Part shown: in pieces, positions 1 to 12,899 of the stretch
Position numbering within the stretch: position 1 is the stretch's first letter
Layout of the letters: each line of letters starts with the position of its first letter
Assembly: GCA_976551045.1 (NCBI GenBank)
Contig: CDPCPM010000247.1
Coordinates: 1,054,001 to 1,118,000, forward strand
DNA: 64,000 nt
Direction: 5' to 3'
From: Glaucostegus cemiculus
Taxonomy: Eukaryota
The notes under the pieces: generated by a model
What the model saw: the letters and a program-made list of their open reading frames with translations, nothing else
Database searches by the model: none
What the model was told of the DNA's origin: nothing
Made by a program: the position numbers and the translations under genes

Positions 1-329
1 GTTACTCCAAATTCCAGCATCTGCAATCTCTTATGTCTCAACTGAGTTATACAGGTCATGCTCAGCCAGAGCAACAACAGGGGCAAATGTTTCAGTGTTA
101 AATGGAAAAAATAATTACAGATGCTCTTTCCTATTCACCATCCAACCTTGCTCAAAATGCATATGTATAGAAAACCTAGGTCAACAACTAGAATTTTCCA
201 CTTAACAACAGCAGGAGCTCCCCAAACACAAAGACTGCAGCAGCCTGAAACAAGAGCTTACCGCCAGCTTCTCAGAGCAATTAGGAATGGGCAATGAATG
301 CCAGTTCAGACTATAAATGAATTTTTAAG

Positions 330-1445
330 GGGCTTCCGTGGCATCAATGCATTGAAGTAGAATTTCTAATTTTTCATAGGTACATAATTCCCACATAGAA
401 GGATGGTCCAAAAGGTTAAACCCCATAGGATCCAAGCCAAGTTGGCAAATTGGATCAAAAATTGGTTTGGTAATAGGACACAGAGGCAATAGTGGAAGGT
501 TGCTTTTGCTAGTGAAAGCCTTTGACCTGTGGACAGAGAACAGTGCTGTGAACCTTACTTTTGTCATATACATTAATGATTTAGATATGAATATAAGGTA
601 TGATTAATATGTTTTCAGATGACAAGAAAATTGGCATTGTTGATAGCAAGGTCAGTCTTGGGGTACAGAACAATAATCACTAGCTGGCAAATTGGGAGGA
701 GCAACAGAGCTTAATCTGACAAGTGTGAAGAGATGGATCTTGGGAGTTGTAATAAGAATAGGACATATACCATGGAACAGAGGGACCTTGGTGAAGGTGG
801 CAGCACAGATAGACAAGGTGATGAAGGCGGCATATGAGATACTGGCCTTCGTTAGCCAGGGCACAGAATATAAAAAAGCATAGAAATCATTGTACAACTT
901 TATATAACTTTGTTTAAGCTACAGCAGAAGCGTTGTGTGCAGTTCTGGTCACCTCAACATTGAAAGGACCTGACAGCACCTGAGAGAGTGCAGAGCTGAT
1001 TTCCAGTGACGTTATGAGGGGAGACTGGATAGGCTACGTTTGTTGTCCTTGGGGAGAGAGAGAGAGAGAGGCTGAGGGGGATCCTGATTGAGGCATACAA
1101 ATTCATGAGAGGCAATAGTTAGGCTCGATAGTGAGAAACCTTTCCCCATAATGGAGATGTCTAAAGCCAGGGAGCATTACTTAAGGTCAAAAATAAGTTC
1201 AGAAGTGATCCAAGGTAAAGTTATTTTCACCTAGAGAATGATGGTGATCTGTAACATGTAGCCTGAGAAGGTAAAGGAGGCAGAGACTCTCCTATTTAAA
1301 GAAGTATCTGGACAAGCACTTGACTCACCAAGGCATAGAAGGCTACAAACCAAGTGCTGGTAAATGGGATTAATAATGGATACCTCACGATTGGTATGGA
1401 CATACGGGCCAATAGGTTCTGTTTCTGTATTGTACAGCTCTGACT
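330..1445 (+). mobile_element. Degenerate CR1-type LINE, RT C-terminal part plus 3' end
   Basis: Decayed CR1 ORF2 motifs (INDLD, F.DD.KIG, 'AAQIDKVMKAAYEILAFVSQG', 'VQFWSP') and a CR1-type 3' tail. Boundaries approximate. Confidence 0.8.
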
Positions 1446-1707
1446 ATAAAATTAATTAAATTGCAGTTCACCAAGTATAAATGAGTAGTTGGGTCAGGAG
1501 CCCTTGAGCAAATTTATCTGCGAGGACTAAAGGAAATTTTTGATGATCACAGTACTTCCCATGTCGAAGTTTTGTGCTGTGATAACTGCCTGCTGATTTT
1601 TGAAATGGTACTTACACAGTTTAGCCACTGGGTGGAATTGCATAATATTTATTCAACACATTCCTTACAATTCATTCTCAAAAATTGGTCTGGGTTTTAT
1701 ATAAAAC

Positions 1708-1960
1708 AGAACAGCACAGGAATAGGCCTTTTGGCCCACAATGTCTATAATGAAATTGATGCCAAATTAAACTAATCCCTTCTGCCTGTGCACGATTCAT
1801 ATCCTTCCATTCCTTGCCTATTCAAGTGCCTTTCTAAAAGTGTCTTAAACACTACTATTGTATCGGCTTCCACCACCACCTCTGGCAGCACGTTCCAGGC
1901 ACCTACCACTCTCTGTGTAAACAAAAACTTGCCCCACACATCCCTTTTAACTTTCCTGAA
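1708..1960 (-). mobile_element. CR1 LINE 3' fragment
   Basis: ORF 1772..1984 contains FTQRVVGAWNVLPEVVVEADTIVVFK, the CR1 ORF2 C-terminus. Confidence 0.8.
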
Positions 1961-2279
1961 AAATTTTGACAAGTCCTTCCCCATTAGTCAGGAAGCTTGA
2001 TATTCTTGCCTCATTACAATTAATGTCAAAAAGCATAGTTGTTAATCTCACATTTCCCCTCAATTAAAGAAGGGTCCATTTGAAGTAGCCTCCTAATTTG
2101 GGGCATAAAGAGGTTTTCTTCCATTTGGGGAATTTTTTTGCCAGGTTTCTTCCAAATGAAGCAGTCCATCATTGTGATCAATGGGATCCCTCCAATGCAA
2201 ATGCCTTCTTTCAGAAAAGCTTCATCTGGTGAATGATCATGTGCTAAACTACTCTCAAACCTTGGGTTAACACACTGCA

Positions 2280-2880
2280 GAACCCCTTTGCCAGTTGCCT
2301 CCGCCTTCTCTGTCTCAGAAAGTCCCTTACAATAGAAGGTGGCTTGTTACAATTCCAGTTCTGTAGGCTCTGAGGTGCCTAGTGTGGGATCTGCAGATTT
2401 TGCCAGAGTTTGGATGAGTGGGTAAGGAATAAGGGAGGCAATGCTCTCCTTTGGCCCTTTTCACTAGACTTCAGTATGCTCATGAAGAGATTTGAGGTTC
2501 TCAGTTCTATTCCAGGTGCTCTGTCTTCATTATGAATGGATTTCCAGGAGTTGATGAGAATAATACATTGTTTCTAGAGGCCTTCAGAATATCCTTGAAT
2601 CCTTTCCTCAATCCTCCTGGAAATCTCTTGCTGTGACAGAGCTTTGGACAGAGTGTGGCTTTGGGAGTCCAATGTCAGCAATGTAAATTATGTGGCCCAT
2701 CCATTGGTGTCAGATGAAATCTCAATGCCAAGGATATTAGACCAGCAGAGGATACTGGTGGTTATTTGCTTGCCCCGCCAATGGAATTAATGGATTTTGC
2801 TAAGAGAGCATTGTTTGTTCCAGCTCAGTGCAAGTAATCCACCACTACACTCATAGCACTCTGGATGAGTGGGTGCACCT
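2280..2880 (-). mobile_element. Degenerate RTE-clade LINE 3' fragment
   Basis: Minus strand shows a decayed 'WMGH...LPK...' pattern like the RTE C-terminus (LRWAGHV.RM.D.RLPK). Confidence 0.5.
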
Positions 2881-3145
2881 GGGTCAGATGTATGGGTCGA
2901 AACCTAACCTTCATCATGAAAGTCACATGGTGGTTCATTCTTCATTGGAATGGGATGAGGAGGCCAAGTGTGCCTGTAAAGTTCCATTTCGTACTACCTT
3001 GATGTACTTATGTATTAAATTATCTGTCTGGATGGCATGCAGACAGAAGCTTTTCACTGTATCTTGTTACATGTGACAATAATAAACCAATTACCAATAT
3101 CTTTCTTTATTGGTTTACTAGTTTCAAATTGTCAAGCTATAAATA

Positions 3146-3855
3146 AATCATTACAGTTGCCTGGGCATCTGCTTTCTTATCTCACCTAGTTTTAAGTCTC
3201 AAGGATGTCTCCTCCTGTTTCCTCCAAAGTTTATGCTAAAAGCTTTATAAATCTTAGAAAGTTTACAACATCTGTATGCCCACAGAAAGTCAAATGAAGT
3301 TAGCCTGCTGGATAAAAACTTCAGCTCTTGACATTAATCATTGGTGTCTTTGGTGTCTGGGATCTATCAGGTTGCTGGAGTACATCACGAATTGCTCCCC
3401 TTCTGGAAAACTCATTTTCTTGGTAACAGAATAAAATGCCAGAGAACTCTTTGTTCTTCTGAAAATTGGGAAAACTGATTTTCTTTTGTTCTGGTTAATA
3501 ACAATAATCCTCACCCCTCACTGCTGAGTTTCTTTGTTCAGTACTTGAAATAGTTCACAACTGAAGCCCATCTTCCTGGACAATACTTCAATTGGCCTAT
3601 CTCTCCACTATGTTCTCAGTTTAAAAAATTGACTCATTTATATAGGTAAATTTCTGTTAAATATCTTTATTTGTTTAATACTAAAACCATTAATTTTAAT
3701 CTAATCCATTTATCAACCTTTGATTTAGCTTGTACCAACTGTGAATCATTACAGTTGTCTGAGTAACTGCTTTCTTATCACACCTAGGTCAAAACCTCAA
3801 GGAAGTCTCTTCTTGTGTCCACAAAAAGTTTAAGCCAAAAACTTCATGAGTCACT
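3146..3855. repeat. Diverged ~110-bp direct repeat pair (3146-3255 and 3744-3855)
   Basis: Both copies read aatcattacagttg.ctg...ctgctttcttatc.cacctag...ctcaagga.gtctc...aaagttta.gc.aaaa. Confidence 0.75.
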
Positions 3856-4625
3856 TAGGCTAACAGCTAATTACTATAAATGTATGCAAGCTATTTGGCA
3901 ACTGTCATTCCAAAATCTACATTGTGTTCAATATAGGGCAAACTTCTTTGCAAAACATGGATCAATTAAAAGCACCCACGCTAGAACTGTAAAAGACACA
4001 TTTGCCTGACAGAGTTCTTTGAGGAAATAAAAGCAATGATTGAAAAATGAACATGAACTGATCAAGGAAATACCATGCTTTGTTTATGGATTTTCAATAG
4101 GCATTTGATGAAATATCACACAGGATGCTTCATGATAAAATCAAATTAAGTTTTACAAGAATATGACAGCATAGATGAAAATTTATAAAAGAATGGGAAA
4201 ATGGTGAATAGATATATTTTGGACAGAAGGGAAGCAGCTGCTGAGGTTAGTGAAAGAGGAATGCTCATCTTAAAATGCACCAACAACCTAGCAAAACTTC
4301 CAGAGTGCACAAAAATAATGTGCTGTTAACAGCAAAGAAAACAATAAGTGACTTCAGAAGGAGGGCCTGGAATGTTGGTTAGACGTAATAGATGACATTT
4401 AATGTAAAGAAACATGAAGCTGATGAAGTTGTAAGAGAAAGAATACACTACATTCCAAAGCTCTGTGTGTGCCTGAATGCATGTGTACTTGCGCATTTGG
4501 GGGTGGCAGCGCGGGGAGAGAGTGGCATATTCTGTCTTTGGCAACAATATAAAATATTGAATTGACCTCCATTTTTCACCAGGCCCAATTTCCTTTTATT
4601 GAATGAAAATCTGGCAGAGCATATA

Positions 4626-5176
4626 TAGTGGCAAGCAAAAATTTGGGCACTCCTGGTCAAAATTTCTGTTACTGTGAATAGCTAAGTGAATAAAAGATGA
4701 CCTGATTTCCAAAAGGCAGAAAGTTAAAGATGACACATTTCTTTAATATTTTAAGCAAGATTAATTTTTTATTTCTATCTTTTACAGTTTCAAAATAACA
4801 AAAAAGAAAAAGGGCCTGAAGCAAAAGTTTGGGCACCCTACATGGTCAGTACTTATTAACACCCCCCTTTGGCAAGTATCACAGCTTGTAAACGCTTTCT
4901 GTAGCCAGCTAAGAGTCTTTCAATTCATGTTTGGGGGATTTTCACCCATTCTTCCTTGCCAAAAGCTTCTAGTTCTGTGAGATTCTTGGGCCGTCTTACA
5001 TGCACTGCTCTTTTGAGGTCTATCCACGGATTTTCGATGATGTTTAGGTTGGGGGACTGTGAGGGCCATGGCAAAACAGTAAGACTCTTAGCTGACTACA
5101 GAAAGTGTTTTATTCACTTAGCTATTCACAGTTACAGAAATTTTGACCGGGGTGCCCAAACTTTTGCATGCTACTG
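4626..5176 (-). mobile_element. Internally deleted Tc1-like DNA transposon
   Basis: ~70-bp terminal inverted repeats (4626-4695 and ~5108-5176) flanked by TA. Internal copy of gcaaaagtttgggcaccc near 4821. Minus strand ~4860-5075 reads WPSQSPNLNIIENPWIDLKRAV...LQAVILAKGG, a Tc1 transposase C-terminus. Confidence 0.9.
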
Positions 5177-6668
5177 TATATAATAGATAGCCAATTCTTT
5201 AATACTCATAGCATCAACAATAAAACTACACCTAAAAAAGTAAGACCAATTTCATGGAATGTATTACAAAGAAATGTGCAAACTATTGAATGTTAATTAA
5301 ATTATTGAGAAAGCACATCATGTAATTGACCCTAGTAGTCTCAGCATATTAAGAATTTTTGCAAATAGCTGGGTAGCAACCTGGTAGGACTCAATGGAAT
5401 GAAAAATGGGTTTCACAATTAGTAGACATTTGGCTATCCAGGCCCTTCTGGGTGTCTAGTTTTAGATACCCTGATATAGAAAGGTGGTCATGTGTAAATG
5501 GATTTTAAGAACTTGTTCATCATTATTACTCTCTCTCTCCTGGAAATTTAACCAGAAATATTTAAATGACAATTTAGATCCAGATACAGGAATAGTTTAG
5601 TTATCAAGTTGTGATTTTCTATTTCAAAAACTCCAAGTTAGCAACTTTATCAAACATTATGTTTTAATACACATTGCAGTTACTAACTGCCCTAATTTGG
5701 CAACTTTTCCTTTCTTGGTCTTATTCCCACTTTTTAACTATGCTGTCCAACTTAACGCATTTCAAAGTAACTTATTTTGAATAAGCCTAATTTATTATCC
5801 TTCCTTTTTGCTGACCATAGTAGTCTTACTTTTTCCTGAACAATAAGAATTTAAAATCTTCCTATAATAACATGAAAATAGTCATTTAAATAGACCCACC
5901 TCTATCCAAGTGTGAGCCACCTATCACATGGCTCACTCTGCTCTTTATTTAGAAGTAATCCTTACAAAATCAATCTTTCTTAAATTGAGGGTCCAATTTT
6001 GTGCTTCCTCATGCCCAAGGAATACTCATTTCCCAGATCCTGCAAAGGACAGGGTCAAAGACTGACCACATTCAGTTAAGTGGAGAAGAGTGAGGAAAAA
6101 AAACAAGCCCATCTGCCAGGTTTCCAGCAGCACTCATTTTTGCCATCAAGTTCTGGTGCAAAGCTTTGATGTACCTTAGCCTGGATAGGTAAAGAACATT
6201 GGAAGCAATTTTTGCATGCACTCCACATTTTTTTTTTAATATTTTCAATAGGCCACTGGTTCTCCATCCTTACTTCCTGTTTATTATGGGGAGGCAGTAT
6301 TTGATGAAATCAATGGAAATCCAATGCAATTATGAATATAATTTTCACATCAAAAGAAAATTCAGCAATTCAATGATCTGACATGGTGTTGAAATCAAAT
6401 AGTTTGATTTTGTAAAAAATATTTAGCAAAAATTCTTGACAATATTAATTAGGATGATGATTGATCATATCATTGCTGCTTCTCAATTGCTGCTTCTCAG
6501 TGCTTGAGCTTTCCTGCATTTTGATAACAGTAGTATTAAAGTATGTTGTATAATTAATTATGCTAATGAAAACTCATAAGGAAGAAATACTTGGAAAAAA
6601 AGTGGTTAACACCCATTTCCAACCTTTAAAAAATAAAACTAATCACCTAGATACTTGCAAGTAGCACT

Positions 6669-6682
6669 GTTCCCATAGCAAC
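6669..6682. promoter_or_regulatory. Consensus-matching RFX X-box in TULP3 intron 2
   Basis: GTTCCCATAGCAAC fits GTTNCC-AT-RGCAAC. Function untested. Confidence 0.4.
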
Positions 6683-9600
6683 AGGACACTGCATTCGTGA
6701 TATTTAGCCACACAGTTGCTGAGCTGCAAATTCCCATGCTTACTTCAGAAAAGAGAGTACAATGTCATCAATTCAAGCTCTAGATTCAAATTTTCTATCA
6801 CACTATCAAAAACAGAAAACAATTTATTTTCTGCCACACCTAGTCTTGTTTAATGTGTAGTGCTAAGTGAAATCATTCAATTTCCAAGTGTATATTGTAA
6901 TTGATTCTAGATCAAACACAGATAAGTAATGCCTATGTGCCAGAAGTGCCAACATTTTTTTAATACATTTTCTCATGTAACATGGACTTTTCTGACAAAG
7001 CTAACATTTACTGACAGAACTGAGGCAGCAATTTAGAATCAATCAGATTGGTGAGTCTGGAGTTGCATACAGGCCAGATTGGAAAAGAATGGCAAATCTT
7101 CTCTGAAGAAATTGCAGGTGGTTGTATGATAATAGACCAGTTTCACAGTCAACATTACTAAGAGTAATGTTTTATTTTTGACTGACTTAATTAATTCAAG
7201 CCATTGTTGAATTACTTGAATTTAATTTTCCTAACTGCCACTGTGGGATTTGAACTTGCATATCAAGACTTTTGCAAGTTTGAAGCAGGGCAGCAGCATT
7301 TTGAAAGGCTACAGAGGCAGCATGAGGCTTGGCATACATTGGGATTGTCAAGTCTGAATGTACAGTATTGAAGCTATAAGGACTTTATCACCTGACGAGT
7401 TGAGGCAGAATTGAATCTGGTGATATTACATGGATACAAATAACTGTTTTAGTAAGTAAGTAGAAGTTGAGATAACAGAAATAGGGGAACTGTCAATATT
7501 TGCACAGCAGGCATTTTTGATACCTTTTTCAAGGATTTCTCAGCTGCCCTACAGCTTTATTTCAAGTATTATTGCTAAGACACTATAGCAGAATAAAGAT
7601 ATAAAAGTGGTGACAACAGCTTTTTACACCATATTCCTTTTCTGTTTTTCAATCTACTTAGAAGTGCTGGTCAACTGCAAACACTGTTTAAGATCACTTG
7701 TTGTAATTAGTTTAACAACAAAAGTCAAACTTGACTTTGATTTTAATTGGCGTGTTAACCAGTGCTGTGGAGGTGAAACAATGGACAGATCAAATGAGGA
7801 GATATAATTGAGGTATGGTGAATTCTATATCCTATTAGTAAATCAGGTATTTCAGTAATGCTAGGCTAATCAATTAAAAAGTATCAACCATCTCTGCTCT
7901 TTTAGACTGTCAACACTGAAACAAGCCAATTGCCCTGTCAACATCCACATTTCAAAGAGTTGCAGCGAAAACAAAATTAAACTTCAGTCTTTAAAAAAAA
8001 GTCTTTACTAATGTTGCTCTGCATATGTAGATATTCAAAATGCAAGCTATGATAGTTTAGCCACTCTATACCACTATGCTTTGGACAAATTTACTTCACG
8101 TCGGCATGCTTTGTTATATCATTTTGTTGCGTTTTCAGCTTCTATGCAATTGATAAATCATCTTTAGGTGAATAATGACCAATTGAATCAAAGTAGTAAT
8201 TTTCAAAATTCAATCCAAAAAAATGTATATGCTTTCACCCCATTAATAAGAACCAAATGCTATAGAGAAAGCTGTCAATAATCTCAGTGTGCTGGTGAAA
8301 GAGTTAATGGCTTACATAAAGATGAAGAAATTAAATGGAAAAGCTTACCTTTTCAAGAGACATCGTTTGTTACAACAATGCAGTAGTCCAAAGCAAGCTA
8401 ACCACCACTGTTCAGTGAAATTAATAAATTCACTTAAATTACTAGGGCAGAAATTATTGTTGCTAATACATTGAGCATCACATAATCAATTAGCAAAGTT
8501 ATTATCCCACTCTCCCCAACACTGCTGATTTCACTAACCATCCAAGGCTAAAATGAAGTCATTTGGTTTAGTCACTACAGCCAAACGCCACCAAACACAG
8601 GCTCATCTTCCTGCACATCCAGTCACATCAGCCACTGTACTGAGGAGACTGGAACGTTCCATTCTAAATCAGAAACGGTATCTTTGACAACAGAGCCCAC
8701 TCAATTCACTTTCACATAAGCATCATTTGTTTGTTTCATTTTCTGTATATTTTTGAAGCAGTGTTTCTTTACATATGTAGACTTCCTATTCCATTTTAAT
8801 TGGGAATGAGATGAAATTTTTGTCTTGGAAAAAAAAATTCTTAGCAATCTGTCTTCCAAGAACGTGCATTTGTTCTAGTTATTTTTGAATTTTGAAAGAA
8901 GCTTACTTTTTTTTGCCAAGAAACATGATATCTTTCGTGATTAAACTATCTAACTGTCAAAATGGAGCTACAAACAAGTAGTATAGACCAATGGGACCTC
9001 TACTACAGTAGTTAGAAGATTTAAAAATGTTCCACAGTTCACAAAAAATTGCATGATTGTGAATATGGTTGAAATACAAATCCATTTAAAGGTAAAAGGA
9101 GTGTTCTTTACAAACAAATACTGCAGTTCTGGTGACAGCACTCACCACAAGCCGATGGATTGTTTTAGCTTTGTATAACATACATTTCACAATTATGTAA
9201 TAATCTAGATTCAGTCCATAAGAAAAAGTTCTTAATTTTTATCCATTCTTTCCTATTCTTAGTCACAATTTTCCATTTTGTTTATTAATCCCTCCTTTTC
9301 TCTTTCATTATAAGGCTCTCAGATACTTAGAACAGAAAGGAGCCATTCAGTTCATCAAGCCTAAGCCAGCTCTGGGAATTTTTTTCCAAATTATTCCTAC
9401 TCCTTTGCCTTTTCCTGATACCCCTATATTTTTCCCCTCACTTTATCCATTATTCTTTTAATCCCTGTAGCAATAAACAGTTATAGTACTATGCTATACT
9501 CTGTCAAACACCCTTTAAAAGTTCATAAACATAACTACACTATCTTCAACAACCCTCTCTGACTTAATGAAAACTCAGTCTAGCTGGTCAAATAGTTTCA

Positions 9601-10339
9601 CTTTGCTTATGTTCATTTATTACTCTATAATTATCCAAACATCAATTTAATTTGTCCTGCATTACTGGCTCTGCCGTTAGACTGAGTGCCCTGTATTATT
9701 GGGTTAATTCCTCTCCGCTTTTTGAAAATAGGTTGCAAAATTAGTCATCCAAGGAGGATTGGAGGAGGTATCCCATCCAGACTAGATGACTTTTCTACTC
9801 TGAATGCTATAAACATAAATCATGATGTGATAAGGGTTTCTCTGTCTTTCTTTCTTTACCAAACAGCTTCAGTCTTGGTAGTGGGGTTAGATTTTTTTTA
9901 GATAGTAAAATGATTGCAACTTAATCACAATTAATTATCATTTTTGATTACCATTATGGGGTTTTGTGATTTTATGTGTGATTCAAGACAATGCATTCAG
10001 TACTATTCTATTTTTTTCTCCTGATTCACGTACTCTGTATTCTCTATGTGGAATTAATATGCTATAAACTTTGATCTATCACTTCTTTCATCTATCATTC
10101 TCCCCCATTCAGTACTATATCTGATTTACTGCTGCTCTAGTATCCTCTACTAAAAATTGATGTAAGGTACTGTTCCACTAATATGATTGTAGCCTCCACT
10201 AATACGATTGTCTCCAGAAGATCATATATACTTGGCCTTTAAATTCCGTACCCCTCTGCATGGCAATCTTTTTACTACTTAAATAATCTCCTTGCAGGAG
10301 GTCAACTTGTACTCAGGAGAAGGGTCACCAGAATGCTGC

Positions 10340-11460
10340 ATCAGAAAGGCAAGATAAGGATGCATGGAGTTGGGGGTAATGTATTAATATGGATAAAGGA
10401 TTGGTTAACCAATAGAAGGCAGAGAGTTGGGATAAATGGGTGTTTCTCTGGTTGACTATCAGTGGTGAGTGGGGTGCCGCAGGGGTCACTGCTGGGCCCA
10501 CAACTGTTCACAATATACATTAATGATTTGAAAGAGGGGATCGAGTTTAGCATATCCAAGTTTGCTGATGACACTAAATTGAGTGGAAAAGCAAATTGCA
10601 CAGAGGATGCAGAGAGTCTGCAGAGTGATATAGATGGGTTAAGTGAGTGGGCAAGGGTCTGGCAGATGGAGTACAATGTTGGTAAATGTGAGGTCATCCA
10701 CTTTAGAAGGAAAAATAGATCAGATTATTATTTAAATGGTGCACAGAGGGACTTGGAGTGCTTGTGCATGAATCGCAAAAGGTTGGTTTGCAGGTGCAAT
10801 AATTATCAAGGCGGCAAATGGAATGTTGGCCTTCATTGCTGGAGGGATCGAATTTAAGAGCAGGGGAATTATGCTACAACTGTACAGGGTACTGGTGCGG
10901 CCGCACCTGGAGTACTGCGTGCAGTTCAGGTCCCTTTACTTGAGGATATACTGCCTTTGGAGACAGTACAGAGGACGTACACCGAGTTGATTCCAGAGAT
11001 GAGGGGGTTATGCTATGAGGAGAGATTGAGTTGCTTAAGACTATATTCACTGGAATTCATAAGAATGAGAGGGGATCTTATAGAAACATATATGAAAGGG
11101 ATAGATAAGATAGCTCCAGGAAGGTTGTTTCCACTAGTAGGTGAGAATTGAACTAGGGGACACAGCCTCCAGATTTGGGGGAATAGACAGGACAGACACG
11201 AGGAGAAACTGCTTTTCCCAGAGAGTAGTGAATCTGTGGAATTCTCTACCTAGGGAAGCAGTAAAGACTGCCTCATTAAATATAGTTAAGACACAGTTAA
11301 ATAGATTTTTGCATAGTAGGAGAATTAAAAATTATGGGGAAAAGGCAGGTAGGTGAATCTGAGTCCACAGCCTGATCAGCTATGATCTCATTGAATGGCA
11401 GGGCAGGCCTGGCAGGCCAGATGGCCTACTCCTGCTCCTATTTTTTTTGTGTTCTTGTTA
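10340..11460 (+). mobile_element. 5'-truncated CR1 LINE
   Basis: ORFs with SGVPQGSLLGPQLFTIYINDL..SKFADDTKL, RMRGDLIETY and FSQRVVNLWNSLP; frameshifted; 3' UTR present. Confidence 0.93.
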
Positions 11461-12394
11461 GATAAAGTGCACCAAAGATTACAAGAGACAAGTACTATAG
11501 ATTCACATACTTCATGTATAAGGATAGATCACATGTAAGGGAAAAACATGGGAGGCCCAGATGGGTTTCAGAGGAGATGTGCAGAGTTCAACAGGCAAGG
11601 CTGATGAACTGCCAACACAAGTGTAACAACTGAGACCTGGACCAAAGTAAAGTATTGAGCACTTAATATTCAAAAGACCTCTCTTTCATCTAACAATTTT
11701 TTTTACTGAATACTTCTTCATATGCTGTCAGTTTTCTTCACCAGTACTTAATGCTGCATAATTCTTCTGATAATGGTTTGCAATTCTTATTGCATTTAGC
11801 CTTTACATACCCATTACATACATTGATTATTGGGACATCTACCAATACCACCACACAGTTGTAAACAAAATTATTTTCTAGTAGTTCAATTTGCTTCTCT
11901 AGGACTACAAAATAATGAATACTATTTCTTGCAGCAACAGATTATGTTACTTGAACAGAAATATTCTTCTGCATTCTGGATTGCAGCTCTTGAGAAGGTC
12001 CTCTCTCTGTAGTATTGCTTTTTATATCTGTTATGAAACTGGTTAGAAGTGGAGAGAAGCAGGCAGATGTTTTACTATATTTGAACTTACTTGCAAGGTT
12101 TCATCTGTTGAAAGAGTAAATTTTAATGTCACTTAATTTTTTGTTTTAATCATATTTGGTATTATGTGGAATTTTTATTTTTTAAATAGTGTCAGTGTTC
12201 CTTCAACTTCTAACTGATAACACAACCATAAAAGCATAGCAATAAAAGATAGTCAATTGAAAGGAACTGAAATGCTTTTCATATAATAGCTGCAGTAACA
12301 AATGGCTGGGAACAGAGGCTAAACATTTCAGTATTGATTAAACAGAATGTAAATCAGTCAGCAAATGTAAATTTAGCATTCAAAAGTATTATAC

Positions 12395-12446
12395 CTGTTT
12401 CTCCAGCTTCTGCTGTCGGAGGTTAATATTTTCATCTTCAAAGACA
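12395..12446 (-). CDS. TULP3: Tubby-family gene coding exon 2 (TULP3 by synteny)
   Basis: ttctttctcag|T GTC TTT GAA GAT GAA AAT ATT AAC CTC CGA CAG CAG AAG CTG GAG AAA CAG|gtat gives (S)VFEDENINLRQQKLEKQ. This matches the TUB/TULP3 N-terminal helix (TUB SVLDDEGRNLRQQKLDRQ). 52 nt, canonical splice sites, downstream of RHNO1 on the same strand. Confidence 0.85.
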
Positions 12447-12899
12447 CTGAGAAAGAAAACAGACTTAATTAGCTCATAATCACATTGCCATCTATAACAC
12501 TGTTATATCTGTTAAATTAGGATAATGTTTCAATTCAGATCATCTGGAAATAGCAGAACAAGTTCAGCATCCTCAGACACTCCATTAAGCAATCTGAGCA
12601 GCTTAATAGAAGTTAATTCACCTTGCCCCATAATGACTTGTATGGCAGCATACCTTGAAAGGAAAGGTGATGCCAAGTACCTGACACAGGTCTTTGCTGC
12701 TATGGAAGTTACAGAAAAACAGATACAGAACAAGGGGCATTGCAAGATACTAAAGACTGATATTACATTTTGCACAAAAGAAACCTCAAGACAACATTAA
12801 TATCAACGTACAGCCACGTGATTGACATATCATTAGCCAAATGCAGGTGGAAAAGAGAAAAATACAAAGAATGGAAAAGTAGAACAAAGCAAGGTTAGT

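Noticed and set aside
6076-6267. ORF with 'WPIENI' resembling a Tc1 motif
   Set aside because: Too short a match, with no TIRs or further motifs.
1-12394. TULP3 exon 3 (R.LLE.KQ.KKR.EP.MVQ)
   Set aside because: Not found by eye. Presumably lies before position 1.
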